From Candidatus Aenigmatarchaeota archaeon (GTDB lineage: Archaea; Aenigmatarchaeota; Aenigmatarchaeia; Aenigmatarchaeales; JACQIB01), in NCBI GenBank assembly GCA_016198755.1, contig JACQIB010000001.1, positions 1 to 64,000 of the forward strand: a DNA stretch of 64,000 bases. Reading direction: 5' to 3'. A program made the translations under genes and the position numbers. Below are positions 1 through 10,470 of the stretch, piece after piece. Numbering within the stretch: the first letter of the stretch is position 1; each line of letters begins with the position of its first letter. The notes beneath the pieces are model-generated. The model was not told the origin of the DNA. It saw only the letters and a program-made list of their open reading frames with translations, and did no database searches.

Positions 1-72
1 GCAGCCGCAACCACAACTACAGCAGCTGTAACAACTACAACTGCAGCCGCAACAACAACTACAGCAAGATAA
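1..72 (+). CDS. 3' end of an upstream gene with an Ala/Thr-rich tail (partial)
   Basis: Frame 1 reads AAATTTTAAVTTTTAAATTTTTAR then TAA at 70-72. Confidence 0.6.
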   Translation, partial: AAATTTTAAVTTTTAAATTTTAR

Positions 73-83
73 ACACAAAATTT

Positions 84-117
84 ATTGGGGCGGTTTCGCC
101 CCAATTTTCTCTTTTTT
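84..117 (+). terminator. Hairpin plus T-rich tract, putative terminator
   Basis: ATTGGGGCG-GTTT-CGCCCCAAT followed by TTTCTCTTTTTT, just after the stop codon. Confidence 0.65.
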
Positions 118-185
118 AACATGAATGCGCAAACGTATCCAGATTTCAGTAGGATTTAAATAGCTTTGCAAACAAAGGGATTTGG

Positions 186-818
186 TTGAATATGAACTAT
201 AAAATTTTAGCTTTGGTTGTACTTGCTATATTGGTAGCAGGCTGTGTAATCCAGCCTCCAACAGGGGCTGTAACAAAGCCATTTGAGTATGATTTTGCAG
301 GCAAAACTTTCCATTTCCGCGGTAATCTTTTCGAGGCAGAGAAAATTCAGGTAGAGCCAAATGACAGGGCTTTAATAAATGCCCTCTTAGACCCGAATGC
401 ACAGTCTATATCATTTTATTTTATCCCAAACAGCACTGAAAACGGTTTTTATCAGGTTGCAGCTTATGAACTCTCTTACAAGCTAACAATAATAAACCAA
501 TATTATCTCGGAAAAACAATTCCAATACACACTTTCTATCTTGATAGCGCTGATGAGACAATACCAAATGGTCCAACCCAGCCTGCAATAGCTTTTGTAG
601 GCCCTTCAAATGCTGAAAAAACTTCTGTAAGAGTAAACAATAATCTTGTTGTTTTGGAGGGCGTGGATTTTTCAGAGAACGGAAGACAGTATACTGATCT
701 TGATTTGGCTGTTGCTAAAATGCTCCTTGTTCTAATGAAGGCAGAGCAAACACTTAGCCAGAATTCAACTGATACAACTAGCACTTCACAAACCCTTCCA
801 ACTCTCCCAGCGTCTTAA
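186..818 (+). CDS. Putative lipoprotein / secreted protein
   Basis: Signal peptide with lipobox-like LVAGC. Confidence 0.7.
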   Translation: MNMNYKILALVVLAILVAGCVIQPPTGAVTKPFEYDFAGKTFHFRGNLFEAEKIQVEPNDRALINALLDPNAQSISFYFIPNSTENGFYQVAAYELSYKLTIINQYYLGKTIPIHTFYLDSADETIPNGPTQPAIAFVGPSNAEKTSVRVNNNLVVLEGVDFSENGRQYTDLDLAVAKMLLVLMKAEQTLSQNSTDTTSTSQTLPTLPAS

Positions 819-1431
819 CTCCAGTTAAAATATCCTTTTCGTTCACAAGAATAGAGGGCGTTGATTTAATCCCATAAGTGTCTTTTATTTGGTTTACTGA
901 AACTATATCCAGATCTGTTGGCAACGGTATAAGCATTATTTTATTTCCGCACTTGTTCTTTAACTCTGATAAAACCGTGCTCTGCAGCCTCTGGTCCACA
1001 GCAGAGCTTTCATTATACTGAGAATAAAAATATACAACAGTGCTGTATGTTGCATTGCATGCCCTTTTCAGCTGCACAGAATTAAGCCAAAATTGCATTT
1101 GTAACAGTGCATACCTTCTTTTTTCCTCCAAAAGCTGCGGTGTAAATTTGTTTACAGATTCAAACCTCTCTATTTCCAAACCCTGTTTATAGACTTTATC
1201 AGAAAACTGCAAATTTCCCCCAATAAGGCTGTTGCATGAGTCATCTCCAGCCAAAGCAGTCTGGAAAAAAAGATTTTGCAAGCGTGCATCATTCCATTCT
1301 ATATCTATGCCAGTTATTTTTCCCCTTGTCTCCTCCAGCCTCTGGTCATCTATCCAAATCCCTACAAACAAGCCAGCCACAAAAACAGCTACAGATATTA
1401 TAGCAGTAAGGTAAAACACAGACTTGTCCAC
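778..1431 (-). CDS. Membrane-anchored protein with a C-terminal thioredoxin-like fold
   Basis: N-terminal TM helix; C-terminal YGIKSTPSILVN resembles the thioredoxin cis-Pro motif. Confidence 0.6.
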   Translation of the reverse strand: MDKSVFYLTAIISVAVFVAGLFVGIWIDDQRLEETRGKITGIDIEWNDARLQNLFFQTALAGDDSCNSLIGGNLQFSDKVYKQGLEIERFESVNKFTPQLLEEKRRYALLQMQFWLNSVQLKRACNATYSTVVYFYSQYNESSAVDQRLQSTVLSELKNKCGNKIMLIPLPTDLDIVSVNQIKDTYGIKSTPSILVNEKDILTGVKTLGELEGFVKC

Positions 1432-2673
1432 TTACCACCAGCCTCCCTTCCCACGCACATACTTGATTGTTGAAAAAACAAGATTGAACGGGAACAGTGT
1501 TATGTATACAGTCAAATACAGAGCCAAGTCTATCAATCCTTTCCATCCTCCCAATCCCCTCTTAACAACCCCCAAACTTATCTTTATCCATATCAGTGAG
1601 AGGGCAAATGTAAGGAACCCGAAAATGCTGAAAATGTTAGGAAGGAAAAAGAAGCTTGTATCCCAGTATGGGCTAATGCCTTTTGAAACAGCAAACAAAT
1701 TAACTATTATATTATTGTAAACCCCGTTCAGGAAAACATAAGCATAAACACCAGCTCCTATAATAGAGAAAATATATGATAAAACAAAGAACGGGTAAAT
1801 GAAAGATCCAAGGCTCCCATACTTTGTGCTAAACCCAACAGATTTGTATTTTATTGAGGTTTGTATACCGCCCAAATTCCACCTGACTCTCTGTTTCCAC
1901 CACTTTCCAAAACTTGTTGGAGCACTGCTTTCAACCTCAGATCCAAGGCTCATTTTTATCTTATACCCAGCTTTCAAAATCCTCCAGGCTATTTCTATAT
2001 CCTCTGTGAAGTTTTTCTCATCAAACCCGCCAATTTCTTTCAGAACACTTGCTTTGTAAAGGCTTAGTGGTCCTGGAGTAACATAAACTCCATCCACAAG
2101 CTCCAAAAGCTTCCTTGCCCAGACAATCATCATATACTCTATAGCTTGCAGCCTTTCTATCAGTTTCTTTGGTTCCCTGACAAAGACAGATGAGGTTACT
2201 GCAGCAACTCCAGGATACCTGAAATACTGTACAGCCTTTATCAGTGCATCAGGCTTTGGATAAGAATCTGCATCCACACACCCCACAATCTCCCCTTTAG
2301 CTGCTCTAATGCCCTGATTAAGTGGTATAGCTTTCCTACCCCCGTTCACTGTCCTTTTAATCAGGTTTATTCCTGTAAATTTTCCAGCTATCTCCGCTGT
2401 TTTATCTTTCGAACCATCATCCACAACAATAATTTCCAACTTTCCCTTTGGATACTGCAAATTCTTAACAGCTTCTATTGTTCCCCCAATAGATTTTTCC
2501 TCATTGTAAGCAGGTATTATAAGGCTTACAGATGGAAGCAGGCTAAAATCCCCTATTTCATTCCTGAAACTTCCCCTTTGTTTTATATACAGTACAAAGA
2601 ACAGAAAGCCGAAAAATATGCTTAAAGCTGAGAAAACAAGGTATGTTATATCTATAACAGGGTTCAGTACCAT
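1432..2673 (-). CDS. Processive GT2 glycosyltransferase (PgaC/cellulose-synthase-like)
   Basis: IPAYNEE, DDGSKD, DADS, TED and QRVRW motifs plus TM helices. Confidence 0.9.
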   Translation of the reverse strand: MVLNPVIDITYLVFSALSIFFGFLFFVLYIKQRGSFRNEIGDFSLLPSVSLIIPAYNEEKSIGGTIEAVKNLQYPKGKLEIIVVDDGSKDKTAEIAGKFTGINLIKRTVNGGRKAIPLNQGIRAAKGEIVGCVDADSYPKPDALIKAVQYFRYPGVAAVTSSVFVREPKKLIERLQAIEYMMIVWARKLLELVDGVYVTPGPLSLYKASVLKEIGGFDEKNFTEDIEIAWRILKAGYKIKMSLGSEVESSAPTSFGKWWKQRVRWNLGGIQTSIKYKSVGFSTKYGSLGSFIYPFFVLSYIFSIIGAGVYAYVFLNGVYNNIIVNLFAVSKGISPYWDTSFFFLPNIFSIFGFLTFALSLIWIKISLGVVKRGLGGWKGLIDLALYLTVYITLFPFNLVFSTIKYVRGKGGWW

Positions 2674-2703
2674 TCCAATCTCCCCATAGTTTACCCCCTG
2701 CTT

Positions 2704-3852
2704 TTAAATACCTTTTGACTCTGCGGCTTTCATTATCTCTCTAAGAACAACAGTTGCATAGCTGCCTGCTGGCAGCTCAAACTTTATTTTTACCTTTGAT
2801 TTATCTTTGTTCATCTCATCCTCCCCAATAACCCATTCAATCCTGGGTTTTATCAAAATAGCCCTCTCAAACCCTGTGCAGCGCAGCTCTGAAATACCCC
2901 TCGGGGCAAAACTCTCTGCTTTCAGCCCAAGTCCTTTCAACTGCTTTGCTATCTCCTCTTCCAGAGGGTTTGTTGTATCCAAATCAGTTCCATATCCAGG
3001 TAGCGAAGCTTTTCCTTCAATTAAAACCCCTTTTTTCCAGCACTTTTCCAGAGATCTGTTCCAAATAATGCTCTGCACAGCATTTATAAGCATTTTCAAA
3101 ACTCTGAAAGGCAGTCTTCTCAAACAGCCAACAAAATCCTTCGGGTGCTGTGCCAAATAATCTAGCATACTCCTTTCGTAAACAAACTCAGGCGGAAACA
3201 TTCCAAGAGCTTCCCTGTAAGCTTCCTGCTTTCCCCAGTTTTTCCAGACCCAGTCCCTTGCTTTTTTTGCCTCTTCCATTTCCCCATCGAAAACCTTTGC
3301 AATATACATTTTTGCAGCCTGCTCAAACTTCCCTTTAAGTATTGCGAGCCCAGCTTCAGCAGTTACAGCGCGCACTGTACCGAAACGTTGCTCCCCGAAA
3401 ACATTAGGTATACCCATATCCAGTTCTCTTGCAACAACTCTCAGTCTGCTTTCAATCTCCTTTTCTCTCAGCCCTATTTCCCTTATTGTAATCTCAAACT
3501 TGTTTCCTTTCAGGTTTCCAAGCCTTATCCTTCCCCCCTCTTCAATCCCCCATATCCTTATTCCAGGAACTTCTATTTTTTCAACCTGTTCTTTAGAAAT
3601 CCCAAAAACAGAAATTCTTTGTTTTGTTACAGCTCTTTTATCTTTTGTTCCGGCAACTCCAATCCTGCTTGCAGAACAATGGAGAGCTTTTGCTATAGCT
3701 CTCAGGGCTAGGTTATTATCCCAGTTTCTCTTCTCTATCCAGAACTGAATATTCCCCTCCCCCTGAACTTCCTTAGGTATTTCTTCCACTACAAAATCCT
3801 CTACCAGTTCCCTTATCCTCCCCCCAACCCCCTCCCCCATCGTAAAGAACAT
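2704..3852 (-). CDS. truD: tRNA pseudouridine(13) synthase
   Basis: GTKDKRAVTKQ, GNKFEI, PNVFGEQRFG, FELPAGSYAT motifs. Confidence 0.95.
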   Translation of the reverse strand: MFFTMGEGVGGRIRELVEDFVVEEIPKEVQGEGNIQFWIEKRNWDNNLALRAIAKALHCSASRIGVAGTKDKRAVTKQRISVFGISKEQVEKIEVPGIRIWGIEEGGRIRLGNLKGNKFEITIREIGLREKEIESRLRVVARELDMGIPNVFGEQRFGTVRAVTAEAGLAILKGKFEQAAKMYIAKVFDGEMEEAKKARDWVWKNWGKQEAYREALGMFPPEFVYERSMLDYLAQHPKDFVGCLRRLPFRVLKMLINAVQSIIWNRSLEKCWKKGVLIEGKASLPGYGTDLDTTNPLEEEIAKQLKGLGLKAESFAPRGISELRCTGFERAILIKPRIEWVIGEDEMNKDKSKVKIKFELPAGSYATVVLREIMKAAESKGI

Positions 3853-3883
3853 GGGAAGGTTTGATTAGCAGAAGATATAAGTA

Positions 3884-6800
3884 TTAGTTTAGAACAGTGT
3901 TTCTTACTTTTTGAGAATCATTTACAAGATCGTTCCTTGCTTTGTCTACAAATTCCTTTATTTCATCTAGTTTTTTCTTGAAGTTATCATAATCTACTCT
4001 ATTTTTCCCACCCTTTAACAAGTTTGAAAACCCGCCCACCAACCCATCAGTTCTGCCTCTTAAAAACTCTTCCATATTTTCCAAGTTCCCCCCATATTTA
4101 CTCCACATATCAAGTATTTGCTGCTGCGCATCCAAACTGTCCCCAAGCTCGCTTTCCCTCTGCTTCAAATAACGTTTTACCTCCTCCGGTGCATCAGGTG
4201 CAGCAGCAAGTTTTCTTAGCTCATTTACAGTTCTCAGTGCCTCCCCTGCATCATTAGCTTTCACAATAAGCCTGTCAAAATCTTCCATTAGCGTTGGATG
4301 TTCTTCCATAAATTTCTGTACTCTAGTTCCATCAGAAAATACACTTATTCCCCATCCAAAGGTTTCAAAAGCTGCATACCACCCCATAGAAACTCCAAAT
4401 GCCTTTAAACCAGCCGGATTAATTTTCCCTCCAGGAAGCTTTATTTTTCCATACTTTTCTATCCGGTTTTTATATATTCTATGTACAGCAACATCCTTTC
4501 CTATATCCAATGATGTCTCTCTGGCAAAATCTCCGGCAGCTTCACCCAAATTTTTCCTACCACTGTTATAGTCTTCAAGAGCTTTATTATAGCTACCAAG
4601 TATGTCAACTCCAGGCAAGACGGCTTTGTTCAGAACCAGTTTTGCAATGGTTCCAATACTCAAATGTTCAGTCATTTTTTCTACTGTCCAATCAGCACCT
4701 TTCTTAACAATCTTCTTCCCAAGTTCGTTATCTACATTTTTATTGGTGCCCTCTTTGTATGGCATCTTTTGCCCAAAGAAGTCATTCGTCAAACCTTGCT
4801 CAACATCTCTACGATTTATCTTTAATACATCAGATATAATATGGTTTATCCAATTAGAGAGCAACCTGGTGGTATCCAACAAAATGTTGCCCGTTACAAA
4901 TGCTTTCTCGGGCCTCGGATCCACGTAATCCCTTTCCAGTGTTAGTGTCCCATCAGAAAACTCCCTTAGCTCAAGATTAACATCACCATAATTTCCTCTA
5001 TATATTTTTACTGTTCCATGATCAGGTAGCCCCCACATAGTAGGCTGGAAGTCAACGACCTTGAAAATATCCCTTCCTACAACAATTGGCTTGCTGTATG
5101 GCAGAGTTGGAATAAGGTTTGCCAATTTTTCTGTGTTTGCACTAGCAAGGCTTTGCATTGCAGTCTGGTCTGCAACATTGTAGAAGCTCTCTTCTCCAGC
5201 ATCGTTTTTTTGCAGTCTGTAAACATTTCCATTATAAACAATATTCTTCGATTCCCCCCGTTTCATTCCTCTAAATTCTTTGGAAAGAATATCTCCGAGA
5301 CCTCCGCTGAAAGTAGTAATTCCAGACTTAACAGTTGAGCCTATAACAGCATTTTTCATTTCCGTTTCTCTAATCATTTGCAGCTCTTTTTTAATCCTTT
5401 CTTCATTTTCCTGTGCAAATTTATTTGCATAGTTATCCCCGTACTTTTGTTTTATATTGAAGTAATATCCGCCAGGCAGCCACTCAGAAATATACCTTAC
5501 AGAGCTTACATTTCCAAACCCAGCTAGATACCTGCCTGCAACATTCCTCCTTATAGCATTGTTATCCGCACTTGGTGTTATTGAATCTTTTTCAGTTGGA
5601 AATATCTGCACAACTCTTTGTTTAAGTTCAGATAGCTTTGTTTCGAATCCTCTTATTGTCTGTTTTGTAAAAGCAACAGCCGTTCCAATTACGAGAAGGC
5701 CAATTAACGAAACAGCAAGCGCAGTTTCTGTATTATTATCATCATTTTCTCCCCGTCCACCATTTCCGGTTTCAATAGAGAATGGATATGATATATTTGA
5801 TGTATTATCTTCCGAAGATTTAATTAAAACAATAGGAACTTTTATTGTAGCGCGTAATGCATAATCCTTTCCAATAACTTCATTTCTAACTGAAACATCT
5901 CCACCAGCGCTTCCTGAAATAAATGTTTCTGATTGTTTTTCAGTATATCTCAATTCACCAATCTGATTAGAATCATGTACATCCATACAAACCCAGAACC
6001 TATTACCAACAGCAACAGGATATTTTAGTTTGAAAATTCTTTCATCCCCATTTGCTATTGTTGCATTTACAAAACTATCATAATAAAGCAGTGTTCCCAT
6101 CCTATATGCATTATCTGCATACACAAACAGGTTTGTCTGTCGCATAGTTTCCGGAGTAAAGCCAAGAGTACTAACTTCTGTTAATTCTGCTTTTTTTTCA
6201 TTTGTTTCGAATGCTTTACAAAGTTCAATATATCTGTTATCAGGTATAACTCTATTAAGTTTAGAACTGCTGTCAGAATTTTCTGTCTGAAGCTTGATAT
6301 TTTCATAAACAATGTCTTTATTCGGAATAACTTTAATTTCCGAACTATAGACTGCAACTCTTGCATCTATTGCAAAGCTGCCTTGCACATCATTATCAGT
6401 TTTTGTTTGTCCGCCTTCAGGATAGTAATACACACTACTAGAACCACCATTTCTATAGTATGCAAAATATGTTTCTTCTTTGGAGTCTGGTGCACTTAAG
6501 CAGACCCAGAAGTTTCCAGCCACAGGAACTGGAGTTTTAAAGTTAACAATTTCCCCATGTAGATCACCAGTTATAGAATAATTTGAATAGTCTGTACCAA
6601 TAACATTTCCAGGAACTCCACCATTATCAAGCCTAACTGTCCCTTTCAATATTTTGCTGTTAATATCTCCTCCATTAAAACCAGCAGCCCTTATCTGTGT
6701 AACAGCGGCATTTTTATCATTAATACCAACAATATTGCACAGTTCTACTCCGTTTTTAAGTGTACTGCTTGTTTTTTCATCAATATATCCCCAGAATTCC

Positions 6801-8575
6801 CTCAGATTCTTTTCCTTTATAATAGTCCCAGTGAAATTCAGGCTTTCATGAGGTACAGGAATACCCCCAAACCTTGCAAAAATAGCAGTATTGACAGGAT
6901 TTATATATTCATATAATAGTCTTGTTACAGGATTGAAAAAATAATCTGGAAGCCCATTTGAAACTCCTATATTTGTGTCGCGCGTGTAGTATGGTGTGTT
7001 CGTACATATCCAAATTCTATTGTCAGCTAAAATAGGTTCAGGTAAAATAAATGACTCATTATGGTATGATCCTATTTCAATGTCCTTGAAAAGTCTTGAT
7101 AAAAGAATTCCGGGCTTGTTTTTGTTATCATCATAAATCTTTATCTGCACGGTTCTTTTTGCACTTCTCCCGTCAAAACCAGAAACAATAACTTCTTTTA
7201 GTTCAGCTCCATTAAACGGCGGATTCAAAGGTTTGCATAATTCTTTTGGAGCTGTTGTAACATAACCGCCCGAAGCAGAATAACTGCTACTATTAGGCAA
7301 AATCACTTCAGTGTATCCAACAGGCTTATAATCAGCAACAGCAGCAGGATTTGTAATAACATCTGTCCTTATTGCATACTTTCTGGTATAGTGTGCACGG
7401 GTTAAACTCTCGTCTCTATGATTATAATAGTAAGCAAATTCTCCACTTTCGCTAAATGCGAGAAATCCCTGATTTGCATTCTCCACACCGTTGCCCAAGC
7501 AAGCCCAGAACTTCTCAGGCAAATCTACTCTATTCAGTATTATTGTTTCTTCATGAACACCATTTGTTGAAATATATTTTGTCCCTTTTGCAAGCAGAGT
7601 TCCAATTTTCCCAGAGTTATCAGAATAAACTGCGGCACTTATTTTAGATGTTCCTTGATTAAAACCAACACCAGTTACGCCATAAAGCTTGGAATTTGGA
7701 GCTGCGTTTGTAAAAAGTTTGCATACTTCCATGTCAGTAGTACTGGGAATTATGTTATCTGTCAGCATATTAGGAACAATTTCAACATTATCTGTTTTGA
7801 GTGATGTTCTATAACCATCCTTATTATTGTCAGCTGTAATAAAATCATATTCACAAAAATTATCAACCGGATTAAATGTTGGTTTTATACAGTTGTACCC
7901 GCCTCCGCAATCGCTGTCAACACCGCAGTTCAGAACCATGTAAGGTTTTGTTTTTCCGGTGTTTGTATCATTGTATTTTGGAGTAAAACTAGCCCAGCCA
8001 TGTGCAAACCATTGATGTCCACCTACATTTTGTAATGACATATCAAAATAACCAAAAATCGGGGGAGTTCTTATTTCAGCTTGAGGATTACTGTACGTTT
8101 TTTCCACAAAACTATTCTCTGTCTCAGATCTGCAAAACCCTTGTGAAAGCATTCTTGTATTTGTTGTGTTATCAACACAACCATAAGAAAATCCATTATT
8201 CCAGTTCTCATCAAATGCTATTATATCAAAACTAGAAACATGGAAAGATTGGCCAAGTATATTTGTAGCACCATTTACAGTTGCAGTAAACCATGTAGTA
8301 AAGTTTTCGCCAGTAAGCAGGTAAGCTTCTACAGTACCATCACCATCCACATCTGCGTAATGCCAGTCATTTGCACAACTAATTCCCAGCCCAGAAGAGA
8401 AAGGATCATAATCAGTTGGAGCCTGTTTTGTTCCCTCAGAAGGAGTCCAATACATGGAATTATGCGATTCCCCATTGTTATAGAAATCAATGCATATTGG
8501 CTTTACTGCTGCAGCTGGTAGAGCTAGAAAAAGGGAAGTCAATATTAAACCCAGCAAAATATGGCGTGCGTACAT
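3884..8575 (-). CDS. Giant (1563 aa) surface protein: signal peptide, four repeated beta-rich domains, TM helix, long tail
   Basis: Repeats E(L/V)C...GF...DN..G..(F/I)W(A/I/V)C seen four times; TM segment ALAVSLIGLLVIGTAVAF. Confidence 0.75.
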   Translation of the reverse strand: MYARHILLGLILTSLFLALPAAAVKPICIDFYNNGESHNSMYWTPSEGTKQAPTDYDPFSSGLGISCANDWHYADVDGDGTVEAYLLTGENFTTWFTATVNGATNILGQSFHVSSFDIIAFDENWNNGFSYGCVDNTTNTRMLSQGFCRSETENSFVEKTYSNPQAEIRTPPIFGYFDMSLQNVGGHQWFAHGWASFTPKYNDTNTGKTKPYMVLNCGVDSDCGGGYNCIKPTFNPVDNFCEYDFITADNNKDGYRTSLKTDNVEIVPNMLTDNIIPSTTDMEVCKLFTNAAPNSKLYGVTGVGFNQGTSKISAAVYSDNSGKIGTLLAKGTKYISTNGVHEETIILNRVDLPEKFWACLGNGVENANQGFLAFSESGEFAYYYNHRDESLTRAHYTRKYAIRTDVITNPAAVADYKPVGYTEVILPNSSSYSASGGYVTTAPKELCKPLNPPFNGAELKEVIVSGFDGRSAKRTVQIKIYDDNKNKPGILLSRLFKDIEIGSYHNESFILPEPILADNRIWICTNTPYYTRDTNIGVSNGLPDYFFNPVTRLLYEYINPVNTAIFARFGGIPVPHESLNFTGTIIKEKNLREFWGYIDEKTSSTLKNGVELCNIVGINDKNAAVTQIRAAGFNGGDINSKILKGTVRLDNGGVPGNVIGTDYSNYSITGDLHGEIVNFKTPVPVAGNFWVCLSAPDSKEETYFAYYRNGGSSSVYYYPEGGQTKTDNDVQGSFAIDARVAVYSSEIKVIPNKDIVYENIKLQTENSDSSSKLNRVIPDNRYIELCKAFETNEKKAELTEVSTLGFTPETMRQTNLFVYADNAYRMGTLLYYDSFVNATIANGDERIFKLKYPVAVGNRFWVCMDVHDSNQIGELRYTEKQSETFISGSAGGDVSVRNEVIGKDYALRATIKVPIVLIKSSEDNTSNISYPFSIETGNGGRGENDDNNTETALAVSLIGLLVIGTAVAFTKQTIRGFETKLSELKQRVVQIFPTEKDSITPSADNNAIRRNVAGRYLAGFGNVSSVRYISEWLPGGYYFNIKQKYGDNYANKFAQENEERIKKELQMIRETEMKNAVIGSTVKSGITTFSGGLGDILSKEFRGMKRGESKNIVYNGNVYRLQKNDAGEESFYNVADQTAMQSLASANTEKLANLIPTLPYSKPIVVGRDIFKVVDFQPTMWGLPDHGTVKIYRGNYGDVNLELREFSDGTLTLERDYVDPRPEKAFVTGNILLDTTRLLSNWINHIISDVLKINRRDVEQGLTNDFFGQKMPYKEGTNKNVDNELGKKIVKKGADWTVEKMTEHLSIGTIAKLVLNKAVLPGVDILGSYNKALEDYNSGRKNLGEAAGDFARETSLDIGKDVAVHRIYKNRIEKYGKIKLPGGKINPAGLKAFGVSMGWYAAFETFGWGISVFSDGTRVQKFMEEHPTLMEDFDRLIVKANDAGEALRTVNELRKLAAAPDAPEEVKRYLKQRESELGDSLDAQQQILDMWSKYGGNLENMEEFLRGRTDGLVGGFSNLLKGGKNRVDYDNFKKKLDEIKEFVDKARNDLVNDSQKVRNTVLN

Positions 8576-8627
8576 ACGATAGTATAGTAGAATAAGAATA
8601 AAAACTCTCCTTTTCCCTATACGATAA

Positions 8628-9449
8628 TTACAAACTGACAGTCAGAATATCTCTAACACCAAGGGCAAGGCCTAAAATAAAGATAACAATTTTCAGGAAA
8701 TCTCTAAACTTCTCCTCACCTGGCTTTGTGTATTTGTCTAACAGGTACAGAACCAGTCCAATAACAACCAGCTTTATCGGGAACATCATCCATGGCATAT
8801 CTGGCAGCTGGACTATAGGAACAGAACAGTACCTGCCAGTCAAAAGCCCTGTGAGTGGGTGTTGTTCACAGTATGTTTTGAAGAAACTGAGAACAGTAAA
8901 AGTTGCTGAAGCATCTACCATATGGGCGCTCATAATACCCCAGTTTACTTTGCTCAGCAGCTTTGGTTTTAACAGGCTGAAAGCCCAGAGAACAAGTGCC
9001 CAGAATAGAACCAACCCCAAACCAAAAGCAAACACTGGCAGGTTTGTTATTTTTGTAAGCAACAAATTGTAAATCAGTGGAATTAATCCCAATCCAAACA
9101 AAACTTTCCAGTAAGGTATTTTGAACTTTCTTTCTATCACCACAGCCAAAAGCAAAGAGCCTAGGGCAAGTGCAAAAATAAAAAAGTAAATTGGAGGGGA
9201 GCAGAACAATTGACCAGTATACAGCCCATGGTCGCGAAGAGCGCGAGTCCAGCCCCCGTAAATAATAAAGGGAATAAGCCCGATAAACAGGTATTTGTTA
9301 ACTTCTATTTTCAGTTTTCCCAACAGTTTATAAACTCCCCAGACTGCTATTGCAAGCAAAAGTCCATAAGTCAGGCTTCCAATAGGAGTATAATAACTGC
9401 AGAGAGGTCCAAGATAATAGGTTTGAATGAACTCTTCTATTCCCACCAT
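8628..9449 (-). CDS. DUF63 family membrane protein
   Basis: Multi-TM; AHMVDASATF, EQHPL, LGLALGVRD motifs. Confidence 0.8.
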   Translation of the reverse strand: MVGIEEFIQTYYLGPLCSYYTPIGSLTYGLLLAIAVWGVYKLLGKLKIEVNKYLFIGLIPFIIYGGWTRALRDHGLYTGQLFCSPPIYFFIFALALGSLLLAVVIERKFKIPYWKVLFGLGLIPLIYNLLLTKITNLPVFAFGLGLVLFWALVLWAFSLLKPKLLSKVNWGIMSAHMVDASATFTVLSFFKTYCEQHPLTGLLTGRYCSVPIVQLPDMPWMMFPIKLVVIGLVLYLLDKYTKPGEEKFRDFLKIVIFILGLALGVRDILTVSL

Positions 9450-9458
9450 TTTCTAACC

Positions 9459-9794
9459 TCAATAAAGTTTTAATTTTCCTGTTAGTTTGTCTATTAACTT
9501 TTCATCAGCAGGCCCAATACCTAAAGCAGTTGCTGTGCCAGGTTCTAACTGTGTTAAGCCAGCATCCTCTATAAGGGTTGCAGGTAGTTTAGCTTTCTTT
9601 GCTTCCTTAAACAGTTCTCTCAGCTCCTGCTCAGAGGAAACCTTCAAAACAACTTTTTTCATCCCCTCTGAAAGCCACTCATCCTTTTCAGAAGCCTTGA
9701 GGAAAGCTGCAACTGAAGCGTGCGCAGACTGAGCCGAGGCTTTCCCAGCGCCCATTTTCAGGTCCTTTCTAAGTACAATTGCTTGTTTTAGCAT
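9459..9794 (-). CDS. pth2: Peptidyl-tRNA hydrolase 2
   Basis: DLKMGAGKASAQSAHA and DAGLTQLEPGTATALGIGP motifs. Confidence 0.95.
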   Translation of the reverse strand: MLKQAIVLRKDLKMGAGKASAQSAHASVAAFLKASEKDEWLSEGMKKVVLKVSSEQELRELFKEAKKAKLPATLIEDAGLTQLEPGTATALGIGPADEKLIDKLTGKLKLY

Positions 9795-9855
9795 AAACCA
9801 AACTATCTGGGGAAGAATAAAAACCTTTAATTACTTGAAACATTTAAATTCATTT

Positions 9856-10470
9856 ATGCCGCGCATACCGTTTTTCAACTTAGCAAATCAGATAAGCCTG
9901 TTCAGGATAGCCCTCGTTCTTGCAATTTCTTACATTCTTTTCATAGATAGCATTTCCTTTCCTTTTCTTTCAATAAAGAGGCTTCGTGTTTTAGCCTTCT
10001 TTTTGGCTATTTTGGCTATAGTTTTGGATTATGTGGATGGTTTCATAGCAAGGAGAGATAATGTTGGAACAAAAGTAGGCGGAGTCATGGATGTGCTGGC
10101 AGACAGGATTGTGGAGAATATCTTCTGGATTTCTTTTGCTATACTCGGATTGGTACATCCGGCAATACCTATATTAATACTGATTAGGGGGCTGAGCACA
10201 GATGCTCTCCGTTCCTTTGCTTATGCGCGCGGTGCAACGACTTTTGGTATGATGAACTCTTTCTGGGGAAAACTTTTGGTTTCAAGCAGGATAAGCAGGG
10301 GAATTTCAGGCGGATCAAAGCTGATAACATTCCCATTAGTAATTTTCCAGTATGCGTTCCAGCTTTCTTACATGACAGATATTGTAACAGGTTTTGTTCT
10401 TTTCACAGCAGCCTTTACAATACTGCGCGGAATACTGGTTATTTATGACAGCCGCAGACTTTTCCTTTAA
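9856..10470 (+). CDS. CDP-alcohol phosphatidyltransferase (PgsA-like)
   Basis: DYVDGFIARR...G..G.VMDVLAD signature; ATG at 9856 preferred over TTG at 9835. Confidence 0.85.
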   Translation: MPRIPFFNLANQISLFRIALVLAISYILFIDSISFPFLSIKRLRVLAFFLAILAIVLDYVDGFIARRDNVGTKVGGVMDVLADRIVENIFWISFAILGLVHPAIPILILIRGLSTDALRSFAYARGATTFGMMNSFWGKLLVSSRISRGISGGSKLITFPLVIFQYAFQLSYMTDIVTGFVLFTAAFTILRGILVIYDSRRLFL

